Shown here in pieces: positions 50,654 through 59,185 of a DNA stretch of 64,000 bases. Position numbers and translations under genes: made by a program. Numbering within the stretch: position 1 is the stretch's first letter; every line of letters starts with the position of its first letter. This DNA is from Candidatus Poribacteria bacterium (GTDB lineage Bacteria; Poribacteria; WGA-4E; JAJDTR01). The stretch spans positions 1,792,001-1,856,000 of the forward strand of contig CBDCTK010000002.1 of the NCBI GenBank assembly GCA_965222225.1, read 5' to 3'. The notes under the pieces were generated by a model. It saw only the letters and a list, made by a program, of their open reading frames with translations. It did no database searches and was not told the origin of the DNA.

Positions 50654-53600
50654 CTACGATTTGTCAACTTCATGTGTGCATACATCCTCGTGGCTATCAA
50701 TCGCTGGCAAACCGACGAACATGCGGCTATCAATATCTGCAAGTGGTTCCACTGACCCCGTTACCGCCGCACGCGCAAAGACAATCCCGGGGCGATTGGC
50801 TTGCATTGCCCGACCGAGCACCGAAGCCTGATCGCCGATAGGGTTATTGCGTTTCACGCTGCGTCCAAGTTCTGCAATTTCACGTTGAACTCTGACTAGG
50901 GCTTCCCAGTGGCGGTGTGCAACTGCACGAAGATCTTCCGGTCTCAGTCCCTCCCGATAACTGCGCCGGACATTGGGCGGAGTCGGAAGACCGTATTTCG
51001 TACTGTTCCATCGCACAACCATCTGGGAGAATGATTCGAGTCTGCCCTGTGCAAGGCTTTTCACTGCGAGCAATTGTGGACCCACGTCATTGTCGCTGAA
51101 GTCCTTTCGAGTTGCGAGTTGCTCGTTCATTTCCTCGGTGTATGCCTCCCACGCCACTTCATCGTGATCCGGAGGCAAAGGCTCTCTTTCCAAGCTTTCA
51201 CCAATGAATGGACTAATTGACGCGCCTGATTCCTTCGCTAGGTCAAAACCGCGCTTCATCAATTCCTGAATGGTACAGAGCGTTTTCGTGGCGCCGTCAC
51301 GTTCCAAGACAATCTGCAGTGCCCATCCGAGCGTATTTCGCGTAATAAATCCTTCAGGTGCGTCCACGTCAACGCCCGTTAGCCTTGAGATTTCCGCGCG
51401 TCCATCTGCGGTCAGGCTCAGATTTGCAAGCCCCCACATCGGATCCAGTGCCGGTATAAGGGCTTCAAGCAATCCAGGATCGCGATTAAGTCTTGGACGG
51501 AGTCCGCGTGTAGTCGAAAATATCGGAAGCACGGAGTCTAGCGCTCCCGGGTCGCGTTCAAGATGCGAAACGAGGGTAAGTTTTTCTCGCGCCTCGGTTT
51601 GTGCAGCCTCGGTAATTGGCAGAATTACTGCGGCTTGATCTCCGTCAAAATCCACATTCATAGGCCTACAGACAACGGGTGGGATATGGATGGCATTGTC
51701 CTGGCGCCGTACCGGTCGAAATGCGAGAAACTGGGTTGGTGTTATAGCGGGAGCGCGATACAGAATCACCCACGAGCGGTTCATGATGGTATCAAGTGCT
51801 TGTGATGCATCTTTGGTTCGTTTACTGACTTCCACAGAGTTTTGAATCTCTCGTGTCACTATTGGTCCGAAAAGCTTCCATGCCATCTCTTCAGGAATTC
51901 CAATTTGATCGTGCTGTAGGCGAATATCCGGGACAATCACCCCCCGTCCGCTAAAAACTGACCGCGTGTTGAAGGCGAGATGACGGTGGGTAACGAGCAC
52001 GTCAAAATATTCTCGAACGCAAGATTCTAGCTGATAAAGCGTCTGACGAATGAGACTCTCGGGCGCATTGTTAGCAAGCATTCGATTTGCTCGATCGTTG
52101 ACCGTAACAAGGTTCTCGTAAGCAGTGGAAATGTTGGTATTTACGATTCTCGTCTCGTCAATCCACCATGCATTGTTGTATTCGCGCGGACTTGATGCGG
52201 TTCCGAAAAAGTCGCCATCTTCAGGGACGCCCACCTCGTCGATTGTATGCTGGCGCAGCCAAGGATGAGGAATTGGACGAGCTAGTTTGAGCGATTCGCC
52301 ATCAGGCGGCTTGAGACGGAATTTCATCGTCGGATAGCTCCTAGTCCCATCTCCCGATCCTAATGGGTGCGAGCCCTCAAGTTCGGTGCGAATGCCAGCG
52401 AAGGCAAGACGCTTCATCAGATTGACAAACCGCGGGGCAAAGCCAGCATGTTGTTCAACTTCTCCACGGGCGACACGATCCGCGAGTGTATTTATATCTA
52501 CCCAGTCTGTAGAGCAAGTATGGTAACGTTCATAAAGATTGTTGAAAACAGCAAGATTGCGCAAGACACTATACTCGATGTTACCTAACCCCTGGCCGTA
52601 AGTCAGTCCCTCACGAGCGGGCCTAATTTTCTCCCGCGCAATGTGGCGTACACGCCCCCAATACACCCAACCAACCGTGCTAGGGCGCTCGAGTCTTTTC
52701 CCATTCTTACCGAGTGTGAGGTATTCCATGCCATTCTCGGGCAGTCTCGCACGTTTCAGACGCTTGCTTAACTCTTCAATGCTTGGGGCACCAAAGGAGG
52801 GTACGATTATTGGTTCTCCTTCAACTTTCGCGACGCGGCTCATGATTGCTTCCCTTAATTGTCCAACGTTCATCCGTGTCTGCACGCCAAACGAGTTGTA
52901 AACAATTTCAACCGGAGTTCCCTCAGTGAGATGTGGCATTTCATCGTCCGGCACAATGCGGGAAATGCAGCCTTTCGAGCCGTGACGGTTCGCAAATGCA
53001 TCGCCGGGTTCAACAGGATAGGGGTAACTGAAACGATTCGCACACGACTCGCTAATGACGATTGCATCCTCGAAAGTATCAACTCCCCACGGTACAAAAG
53101 CCGTCAGTACATTTCGTCCGCACCAAAATCTGTCGGCATCAAAACTATTCTCGGTCTGAACAAGTGCGGGTTCGGGGTCAGGCGGAACGTAGAATTGACG
53201 CTGCATGCCCAGCCCCATTTGCTGATGGTTTGGGTCGTTGTGCTCGATAAACGGCACAAGCGAAGCACTGAGTCCGAGTCCGGCTTCCGGCCGATTATCG
53301 ACGACGATTAGCTTGCCATCGCGAATCTCTGCTCCAACTGCGATGCTCAAAATCTTACCAACACTTGGTCCCTCAGGTGTTTCATATGGACACACGCGAC
53401 TAAAATAACTCGGATTCATGACACGATTTTGCCATTCAACACGGATGCGGCGAAGATTGGTTTGTCGATCAAGCCAGTTGAAACTCTGAAGGCGCCGGAT
53501 GGATGGTTGACTCGCGAAGAATTCGAGAACCCATGTGTGGAGCGAAAACCAAGATTTAACGAGCGAGGCATCCCATGAAAAATCGGGAGGAGTGCTTCCT

Positions 53601-53935
53601 AGGCGCTCCGCGATGAAATCGCACAGTTGCTCGCCGACACATTTTATCTCGGCGGCGGCGAGATCTTCATTTTGAGCGATTGGCAGGACGATTCGCTCCT
53701 TACCATCAATATTGAATACCCCGTCATCATCTGGCTGTGGAATGTCGGTATACGATTCGTCTAGGTTGCCCGAACCGAATCCAAATGCAATCTCAATGCG
53801 ACAAGTATACGTACTTGTTGATTCAACGTGATAGCCAGCCAGCGGCATACGCACCGCGAGAAGTTCTGGTAGCCGATTGTTGGTGAATCGGTTAAACGAT
53901 TCTTTGTGCCAAAAAGCGGTAATATTGCGGGACAT
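50654..53935 (-). CDS. Miniature fused beta-beta' RNA polymerase-like protein
   Basis: Collinear RpoB motifs (GVFNIDGKER, CPYETPEG, VPFIEHND..MQRQ, FEDAIVISE, RHGSKG, RMNVGQ, TVGWVY) then RpoC motifs (LARPIPHPW, clamp helices, SGRGVI, YRAP, NVDFDGD, SYREGL); AGGAGA RBS. Confidence 0.9.
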   Translation of the reverse strand: MSRNITAFWHKESFNRFTNNRLPELLAVRMPLAGYHVESTSTYTCRIEIAFGFGSGNLDESYTDIPQPDDDGVFNIDGKERIVLPIAQNEDLAAAEIKCVGEQLCDFIAERLGSTPPDFSWDASLVKSWFSLHTWVLEFFASQPSIRRLQSFNWLDRQTNLRRIRVEWQNRVMNPSYFSRVCPYETPEGPSVGKILSIAVGAEIRDGKLIVVDNRPEAGLGLSASLVPFIEHNDPNHQQMGLGMQRQFYVPPDPEPALVQTENSFDADRFWCGRNVLTAFVPWGVDTFEDAIVISESCANRFSYPYPVEPGDAFANRHGSKGCISRIVPDDEMPHLTEGTPVEIVYNSFGVQTRMNVGQLREAIMSRVAKVEGEPIIVPSFGAPSIEELSKRLKRARLPENGMEYLTLGKNGKRLERPSTVGWVYWGRVRHIAREKIRPAREGLTYGQGLGNIEYSVLRNLAVFNNLYERYHTCSTDWVDINTLADRVARGEVEQHAGFAPRFVNLMKRLAFAGIRTELEGSHPLGSGDGTRSYPTMKFRLKPPDGESLKLARPIPHPWLRQHTIDEVGVPEDGDFFGTASSPREYNNAWWIDETRIVNTNISTAYENLVTVNDRANRMLANNAPESLIRQTLYQLESCVREYFDVLVTHRHLAFNTRSVFSGRGVIVPDIRLQHDQIGIPEEMAWKLFGPIVTREIQNSVEVSKRTKDASQALDTIMNRSWVILYRAPAITPTQFLAFRPVRRQDNAIHIPPVVCRPMNVDFDGDQAAVILPITEAAQTEAREKLTLVSHLERDPGALDSVLPIFSTTRGLRPRLNRDPGLLEALIPALDPMWGLANLSLTADGRAEISRLTGVDVDAPEGFITRNTLGWALQIVLERDGATKTLCTIQELMKRGFDLAKESGASISPFIGESLEREPLPPDHDEVAWEAYTEEMNEQLATRKDFSDNDVGPQLLAVKSLAQGRLESFSQMVVRWNSTKYGLPTPPNVRRSYREGLRPEDLRAVAHRHWEALVRVQREIAELGRSVKRNNPIGDQASVLGRAMQANRPGIVFARAAVTGSVEPLADIDSRMFVGLPAIDSHEDVCTHEVDKS

Positions 53936-54019
53936 TCTTTTCTCCTATCAAGAATTCAGGATCCGACATGTAGAGATTCGTTTTAGGTTCTTAATACCAT
54001 AGCCGGTCCTGATTTGTCC

Positions 54020-54625
54020 TCACCATTCATGCCATTCAATGCCAAGTTCCTTCCATTCGCGTGCGAGACGTTTCAGTGTATAGTGCAAACGCGATTTGAC
54101 TGTGCCTATTGGGACACCGAGTTCATCAGCGACCTGCCGAATGTCCATTTCTGCACCGTAGACGAGGTGAAGAACCTCTCGCTTCTCATCGGGCAAGTCG
54201 TCTACAAGTTCCCATAGGAATTCGGACTGTTCGGCTTGTTCAAGCATCACTTGAGGGTCTGGCGATGCGCTGTCGATTAACCAGGTTGGCATCTGTGTAA
54301 GAGCGCCATCTTCGTCATCATAGGGCTCTTCGGGAACTTCAAGTGGCTGCTGTCTGCGTCGATGCACCGTTCGAAGGTGATTAAGGGCGAGATTGGTCGC
54401 AATGCGGTAAAGCCATGACTTCAATTCGCCGCGTCCATCCCACTGTGCCGCACATGTCCATACCCGAAGGAAAACCTCTTGGACCAAATCTTCAGTGGCA
54501 CCTTCGTCTCGGACAGTACGCAGGATGTGCTTGTAGAGGACGTGCCTGTAGCGCTCAAAAAGGATTTCAAACGCAATGGTATTTCGCCCGCGAATCTGCT
54601 CAATGAGTTCCCGATCAGATTGCAT
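54020..54625 (-). CDS. ECF sigma-70 factor upstream of the mini-RNAP gene
   Basis: EDLVQEVFLRVW, SWLYRIATN, GTVKSRLH. Confidence 0.93.
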   Translation of the reverse strand: MQSDRELIEQIRGRNTIAFEILFERYRHVLYKHILRTVRDEGATEDLVQEVFLRVWTCAAQWDGRGELKSWLYRIATNLALNHLRTVHRRRQQPLEVPEEPYDDEDGALTQMPTWLIDSASPDPQVMLEQAEQSEFLWELVDDLPDEKREVLHLVYGAEMDIRQVADELGVPIGTVKSRLHYTLKRLAREWKELGIEWHEW

Positions 54626-54658
54626 CGACAGAATCCTTTCGTCGGGTTTCCACTGTGG

Positions 54659-54686
54659 ATGACACCGCAGGATGGACGACGGTTCA
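54659..54686 (-). promoter_or_regulatory. Candidate ECF-type autoregulatory promoter
   Basis: TGAACC-N16-TGTCAT (AAC / GTC pattern) just upstream of the sigma ATG. Confidence 0.45.
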
Positions 54687-54771
54687 CTAGGGAATCAAAA
54701 ATCGGTTTTTCAGATGGGGAAAAAGGAAGGCTGGAACGAGAGGGGTTCAAATGCTAGTGGCAAGTTGTGCA

Positions 54772-55503
54772 TCAGGTTTTCCCACAGATCATCGCCGTAA
54801 TCCAGCAGAGACGGTTTAGCAGTGGACACAACTTAAGAAGACCGCCATCAATCGCTCTAAGGCTCTTTAATTTCAGTCGATAGATTGGTGCAACGGGGAG
54901 AAGATGCTTCCAGAATAGTGCACCCACTGACAGAAGGTGAAACTCACGATGTTGCAGACAATCGAAATGTCCACCTAATTTCGCGACATCCGCCATCGAA
55001 AAATAGTGCACATTCGCGGAATATTCGAGGAAAAACTTGCGGTACAACCAGATTACGGGATGGCTGCGCATGTTTTCGATAAAAATGGCTTTGCCTCCCG
55101 GTTTAAGTACGCGATAACATTCTTCCGCGGTGCGTTCATGATCCGTAAAAATAAGCACAGATTTCGATATGACGAAGTCAAACGCGTTGTCCCAGAAGGC
55201 GAGTTGCATCGCATCCATCAGCACAAACTCCACCGAACCAATTACGCCATGCTTTATCGCACGTTCTTCTGCCTCAACCAAGCGGAATGGGAGAAGATCG
55301 ATTCCTGTAACAGTAGCGCCATGCTTGGCTAGCATAACAGCAGTGCCGCCCGTTCCTGCGCCGAGTTCGAGAATCCGTTTGCCACGTAAATCCCCCATCT
55401 GCCGAAACATGTACTCAAAAGCAGGGAGATAGAAATCATGCCGCCATAACAGGAGATCCCGATCTGGACGAATTGCTACACCGCCTTTGTTCGCTAGTTC
55501 CAT
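54772..55503 (-). CDS. Class I SAM-dependent methyltransferase
   Basis: ILELGAGTG, FDFV, RVLKPGG. Confidence 0.9.
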   Translation of the reverse strand: MELANKGGVAIRPDRDLLLWRHDFYLPAFEYMFRQMGDLRGKRILELGAGTGGTAVMLAKHGATVTGIDLLPFRLVEAEERAIKHGVIGSVEFVLMDAMQLAFWDNAFDFVISKSVLIFTDHERTAEECYRVLKPGGKAIFIENMRSHPVIWLYRKFFLEYSANVHYFSMADVAKLGGHFDCLQHREFHLLSVGALFWKHLLPVAPIYRLKLKSLRAIDGGLLKLCPLLNRLCWITAMICGKT

Positions 55504-55747
55504 TAGCTACCTTTGGTTGATTGATCAATTCCGGAAAAATTATTATCTACGCCAGCTCGTACGCGAGTTTGTCTACACAAGTCTATTTCTTGAAGTGATT
55601 AAGACGATTGGATGAACTGGATTGAAAGGATGGAAATATGCAAGATTCTTGATTTCCTTCCAACCTTCCCTTCCTGTCTTCTACTCCTCCACGTCACCCT
55701 CACAATGCAAAATTCAATCTCTAAACTTGCATACGCTAGTGAAAAAC

Positions 55748-56038
55748 TTAAATGACATCGTTTTTCTTTCGCACCTTAGTCACAATCACGAGAATGATGA
55801 TGACCACAATACTGACAATCCACCAATTGTGCACGAAGAAACTCCAAAAAAGATTGAAACCGATCCAGACCAGAATTTCAATAGCCAAGATTATGCACGC
55901 TTTCGACCACGGGAACTCGGCGTAACGCCGTCGATATTTCGCCGAAAGCCACCACGAAAGTGCGACTGTTCCGAGAACAACAACAAGAAAGAGTAAATTT
56001 ACTAATGTTTGGATACCGCCTAAAATGGACGCAATCAT
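55748..56038 (-). CDS. Small membrane protein
   Basis: AAGGAG RBS; three hydrophobic segments. Confidence 0.7.
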   Translation of the reverse strand: MIASILGGIQTLVNLLFLVVVLGTVALSWWLSAKYRRRYAEFPWSKACIILAIEILVWIGFNLFWSFFVHNWWIVSIVVIIILVIVTKVRKKNDVI

Positions 56039-56077
56039 TCAATCTGTCTCCTTTTCGATTATCCAGTTGCTAACACT

Positions 56078-56932
56078 TCACAGTACAAGATTGTTGCCAT
56101 TCTCGGATATAGGTTGTTGAATTCGTTCGGGACAACTGTATACGGTCATGCGATTTCCGCGCATAAAACCGATGAGTGCCATGCCGCTTTCTTGAGCCAA
56201 ATCGACTGCAAGGGTCGATCCGGCGGAAACCGCTACGACCACCGGTATGCGCGCAAATAGTGCCTTCTGCACAATCTCAAAGCTGGCACGACCACTTACC
56301 ATCAGGATATGATTATCAAGCGGGAACATCTCGACGAGCAATGCCTGTCCAATTACTTTATCCACCGCATTGTGCCTCCCGATATCTTCTCGAATGATTA
56401 GCAGCTCCCCGTCCGCAGTGAATAGTCCCGCGGCATGTAGCCCGCCTGTCGCCTCAAAGACAGATTGCGCAGACCGCAGCAGATTATTCAGCGTGTAGAC
56501 AATCTCTGGATCAATTCGAAGTTGAGATTCAATCGGTGGAACCGCCTGCCGTACAGATTCAATCGTCATCTTGCCGCACAACCCGCAACTTGCATTTGCA
56601 TGAAAGTTACGCTGCCAACCATCTTCCGATTCGGCATCCCAACCATTCGTGAGATTCACATTAATGATGTTCTGTAGGTCTACTTGTTCTACATCTTCAC
56701 AGTAAGCGATTGTTCCAATATCGTCAACAGACTTGATAATGCCCTCGGTATAAAGCAACCCCGCGGCAAGTTCAAAGTCCTGTCCAGGCGTCCGCATCAC
56801 AACAATCAAACTCTGGCCGCCAACACGAATTTCAATCGGCTCTTCGACAACCAGTTGGTCTTCAACGAATGACGAACGGCAATCGTGCCAACGTGCGACC
56901 TTCCGTTTGAGTGTAGGTTGTTGCGATGTCAT
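56078..56932 (-). CDS. fdhD: Formate dehydrogenase accessory sulfurtransferase
   Basis: MRTPG, SCGLCG, TGGLHAA, EDIGRHNAVDK. Confidence 0.95.
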   Translation of the reverse strand: MTSQQPTLKRKVARWHDCRSSFVEDQLVVEEPIEIRVGGQSLIVVMRTPGQDFELAAGLLYTEGIIKSVDDIGTIAYCEDVEQVDLQNIINVNLTNGWDAESEDGWQRNFHANASCGLCGKMTIESVRQAVPPIESQLRIDPEIVYTLNNLLRSAQSVFEATGGLHAAGLFTADGELLIIREDIGRHNAVDKVIGQALLVEMFPLDNHILMVSGRASFEIVQKALFARIPVVVAVSAGSTLAVDLAQESGMALIGFMRGNRMTVYSCPERIQQPISENGNNLVL

Positions 56933-56981
56933 AGATCTGTCGCATTCCTTATTCTAACGAGAAGTTAATGAATAAGCTAGA

Positions 56982-57359
56982 CTATCCCCAACTCCCATCT
57001 TTTCGCTTGTGGATGAAGATTGGATTTCCTCCCGGGGCAGTCATCATCTCTACGTGACAGGTAGAGAGTTCATTCGGCCCCCACTCGACATCCACACCAT
57101 TCTTACTCAATTCCTTAACCGTGCCGTCGAAATCGTCTACAGCCAAGGCGAGCCCTGCGCCGCCTCTGCCGTTTTCTAGCGGTGCACCCAGATAGGTGCC
57201 GAACAGCACCAATGCTATTGGAGACAGCGAGAACTCCGCCCAATTCCAGTCAGGATTGTGCAACTCCAACTTTAGACCAAGGGTATCTCGATAGAATGAA
57301 ACCGCTTCCTCAAGGTTGGGAACATAATGTACGACGAAGTCCACGCCATGAATCGCCAC
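56982..57359 (-). CDS. VOC/glyoxalase family protein
   Basis: FYRDTLGL, WAEF, LAVDD, PGGN. Confidence 0.85.
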   Translation of the reverse strand: MAIHGVDFVVHYVPNLEEAVSFYRDTLGLKLELHNPDWNWAEFSLSPIALVLFGTYLGAPLENGRGGAGLALAVDDFDGTVKELSKNGVDVEWGPNELSTCHVEMMTAPGGNPIFIHKRKDGSWG

Positions 57360-57788
57360 ACTGTTGAACTCCTTCGATCAAACTTCAGAAATTGATTACC
57401 GAAACAAAGGTGCAATGATTGGGTTGGCCTAATGCCCTAAGTGATAGGATTTACGGTTTTCGGACTTTTGTATCTCGACTTATCGGGGGTGCGAATCTTT
57501 CCTATGGCAATCAATAGCCAGACTTCGAGTCTCTCCGTCTTTGACTGCGCCAGACTTGAATATTGGTAAAGGCTAGCAAGAATTGTCAATCGAACAGCAA
57601 CACCGAAGTAAGGATTTTTCGACGCCTGCAGAACAAATGAAAGGGGCACAACTGGCGATCGATTTGCAGCAACTGACGCTACATCTGATAGATTTCACCC
57701 TCCGCGGGCAAATACTACAACACCAGTACGTGTTATCAGATTCCCAGAAGTAGATAGGATTATGGGTGCGCGTGTTTATGGGTAAGCC

Positions 57789-59093
57789 TTACTCTCGGTC
57801 GTCCTCGAAACGAACTTCCATCGCTGCCGCATGGCCATCCAGGCCCTCAATCTGTGCCAGTTTTACGACCGATGGTGTAACTCTTTTCAAGGCTGTCCTA
57901 GTATAAGAGATTACGCTTGTCTTCTTTAGAAAATCGTCTACACTCAGCGGAGATGCGAATCTCGCCGAGCCTCCGGTCGGCAGAATGTGGTTTGGGCCAG
58001 CAATATAATCGCCAACAGACTCTGGCGTGTAAGGTCCAACCATAATTGCGCCAGCATTACGAATGGCACCAATCCACTCGAACGGTTCTTCTATCTCCAG
58101 TTCCACGTGCTCCGGCGCGATTTCGTTAGCAAGCGCTACAGCTTCATTCAAATCATCAACGACGAATGCCACGCCGTAGTTGCCGAAGGCGCCGACGACT
58201 TCAATCTGACGCGCCAATTTTGCCGCTTGCAACTCAATCTCTGACCTCACCTGCTCGGCAACTCCTCTTGACGTAGTGACGAGGATTGCAGAGCAATCTT
58301 CACTATGCTCGGCTTGTGAAATGAGATCCGCGGCAACGTAGGCAGGATTGGCTGAATCATCGGCGATTACCAGCACCTCACTCGGCCCTGCCAATTTGTC
58401 TATGCCCACCGTGCCGTAGACCGCTTTCTTAGCTAGCTGGACGTATAGGTTGCCGGGTCCCACAATCTTGTCGACTTTGCGAATCGAATCCGTCCCGTAT
58501 GCCATCGCCCCGACCGCTTGTGCACCGCCGCATTTGTATATCTCGTGAATATCACACTCCGCCGCGGTGACAAGCATATGCGGATCAATCTTCCGATTTG
58601 GTGCAGGGGCAATGAAAGCTGCAATTTCCTCTACTCCCGCAACTTTAGGAGGCACCACATTCATGATTAGCGAAGAAACCAATAATTGGCTTGCAGCCGG
58701 CACGCAGACGCCAACACGCCGTAACGGACGGATGACATGTCCTAGAAGAACACCATCATCTTCGGTTGTTATCCACGAATTCCGCAACTGTTTCTGATGA
58801 AACCGTTCAATATTGGTACGCGCATGTTTGATTGCATCAAGGAATTCCGAGTCAACCAGGGAATATGCCTTGTTGATTTCCCGCTCGCTTACCCGCAATT
58901 CCTTGACAGAGATGCGGGGCGCATCCAACTTTCGGGTATATTTGATTACTGCTTTGTCCCCATTTTTCCGCACGTCCTCCAGAATACGATTCACAGTTCG
59001 CAAGACATTTTCGTCCTGGAGTTGTCCGCGATGCCGCAACCTTTCAAGGAACTCTTTTGCTTCTTGGGAACTGGACTCAAGAATCCTAATCAT
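57789..59093 (-). CDS. hisD: Histidinol dehydrogenase
   Basis: GGAQA, VGPGN, AGPSE, QAEH, APEH, GPNHILPT. Confidence 0.96.
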   Translation of the reverse strand: MIRILESSSQEAKEFLERLRHRGQLQDENVLRTVNRILEDVRKNGDKAVIKYTRKLDAPRISVKELRVSEREINKAYSLVDSEFLDAIKHARTNIERFHQKQLRNSWITTEDDGVLLGHVIRPLRRVGVCVPAASQLLVSSLIMNVVPPKVAGVEEIAAFIAPAPNRKIDPHMLVTAAECDIHEIYKCGGAQAVGAMAYGTDSIRKVDKIVGPGNLYVQLAKKAVYGTVGIDKLAGPSEVLVIADDSANPAYVAADLISQAEHSEDCSAILVTTSRGVAEQVRSEIELQAAKLARQIEVVGAFGNYGVAFVVDDLNEAVALANEIAPEHVELEIEEPFEWIGAIRNAGAIMVGPYTPESVGDYIAGPNHILPTGGSARFASPLSVDDFLKKTSVISYTRTALKRVTPSVVKLAQIEGLDGHAAAMEVRFEDDRE

Positions 59094-59185
59094 CTGAACC
59101 TCGAAATATCCACGTCATGTACATCTATTTGGTTTACGCCGCGACAGGAGGTCGCAATGCCAAGGTCACTCCTACTTGATTCAGC

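Noticed and set aside
50654-53935. Housekeeping rpoB/rpoC or a decayed pseudogene of them
   Set aside because: Far too short and outside the rpl-rpo context; yet a 3.3-kb open frame with an RBS and deletions at domain boundaries argues against decay
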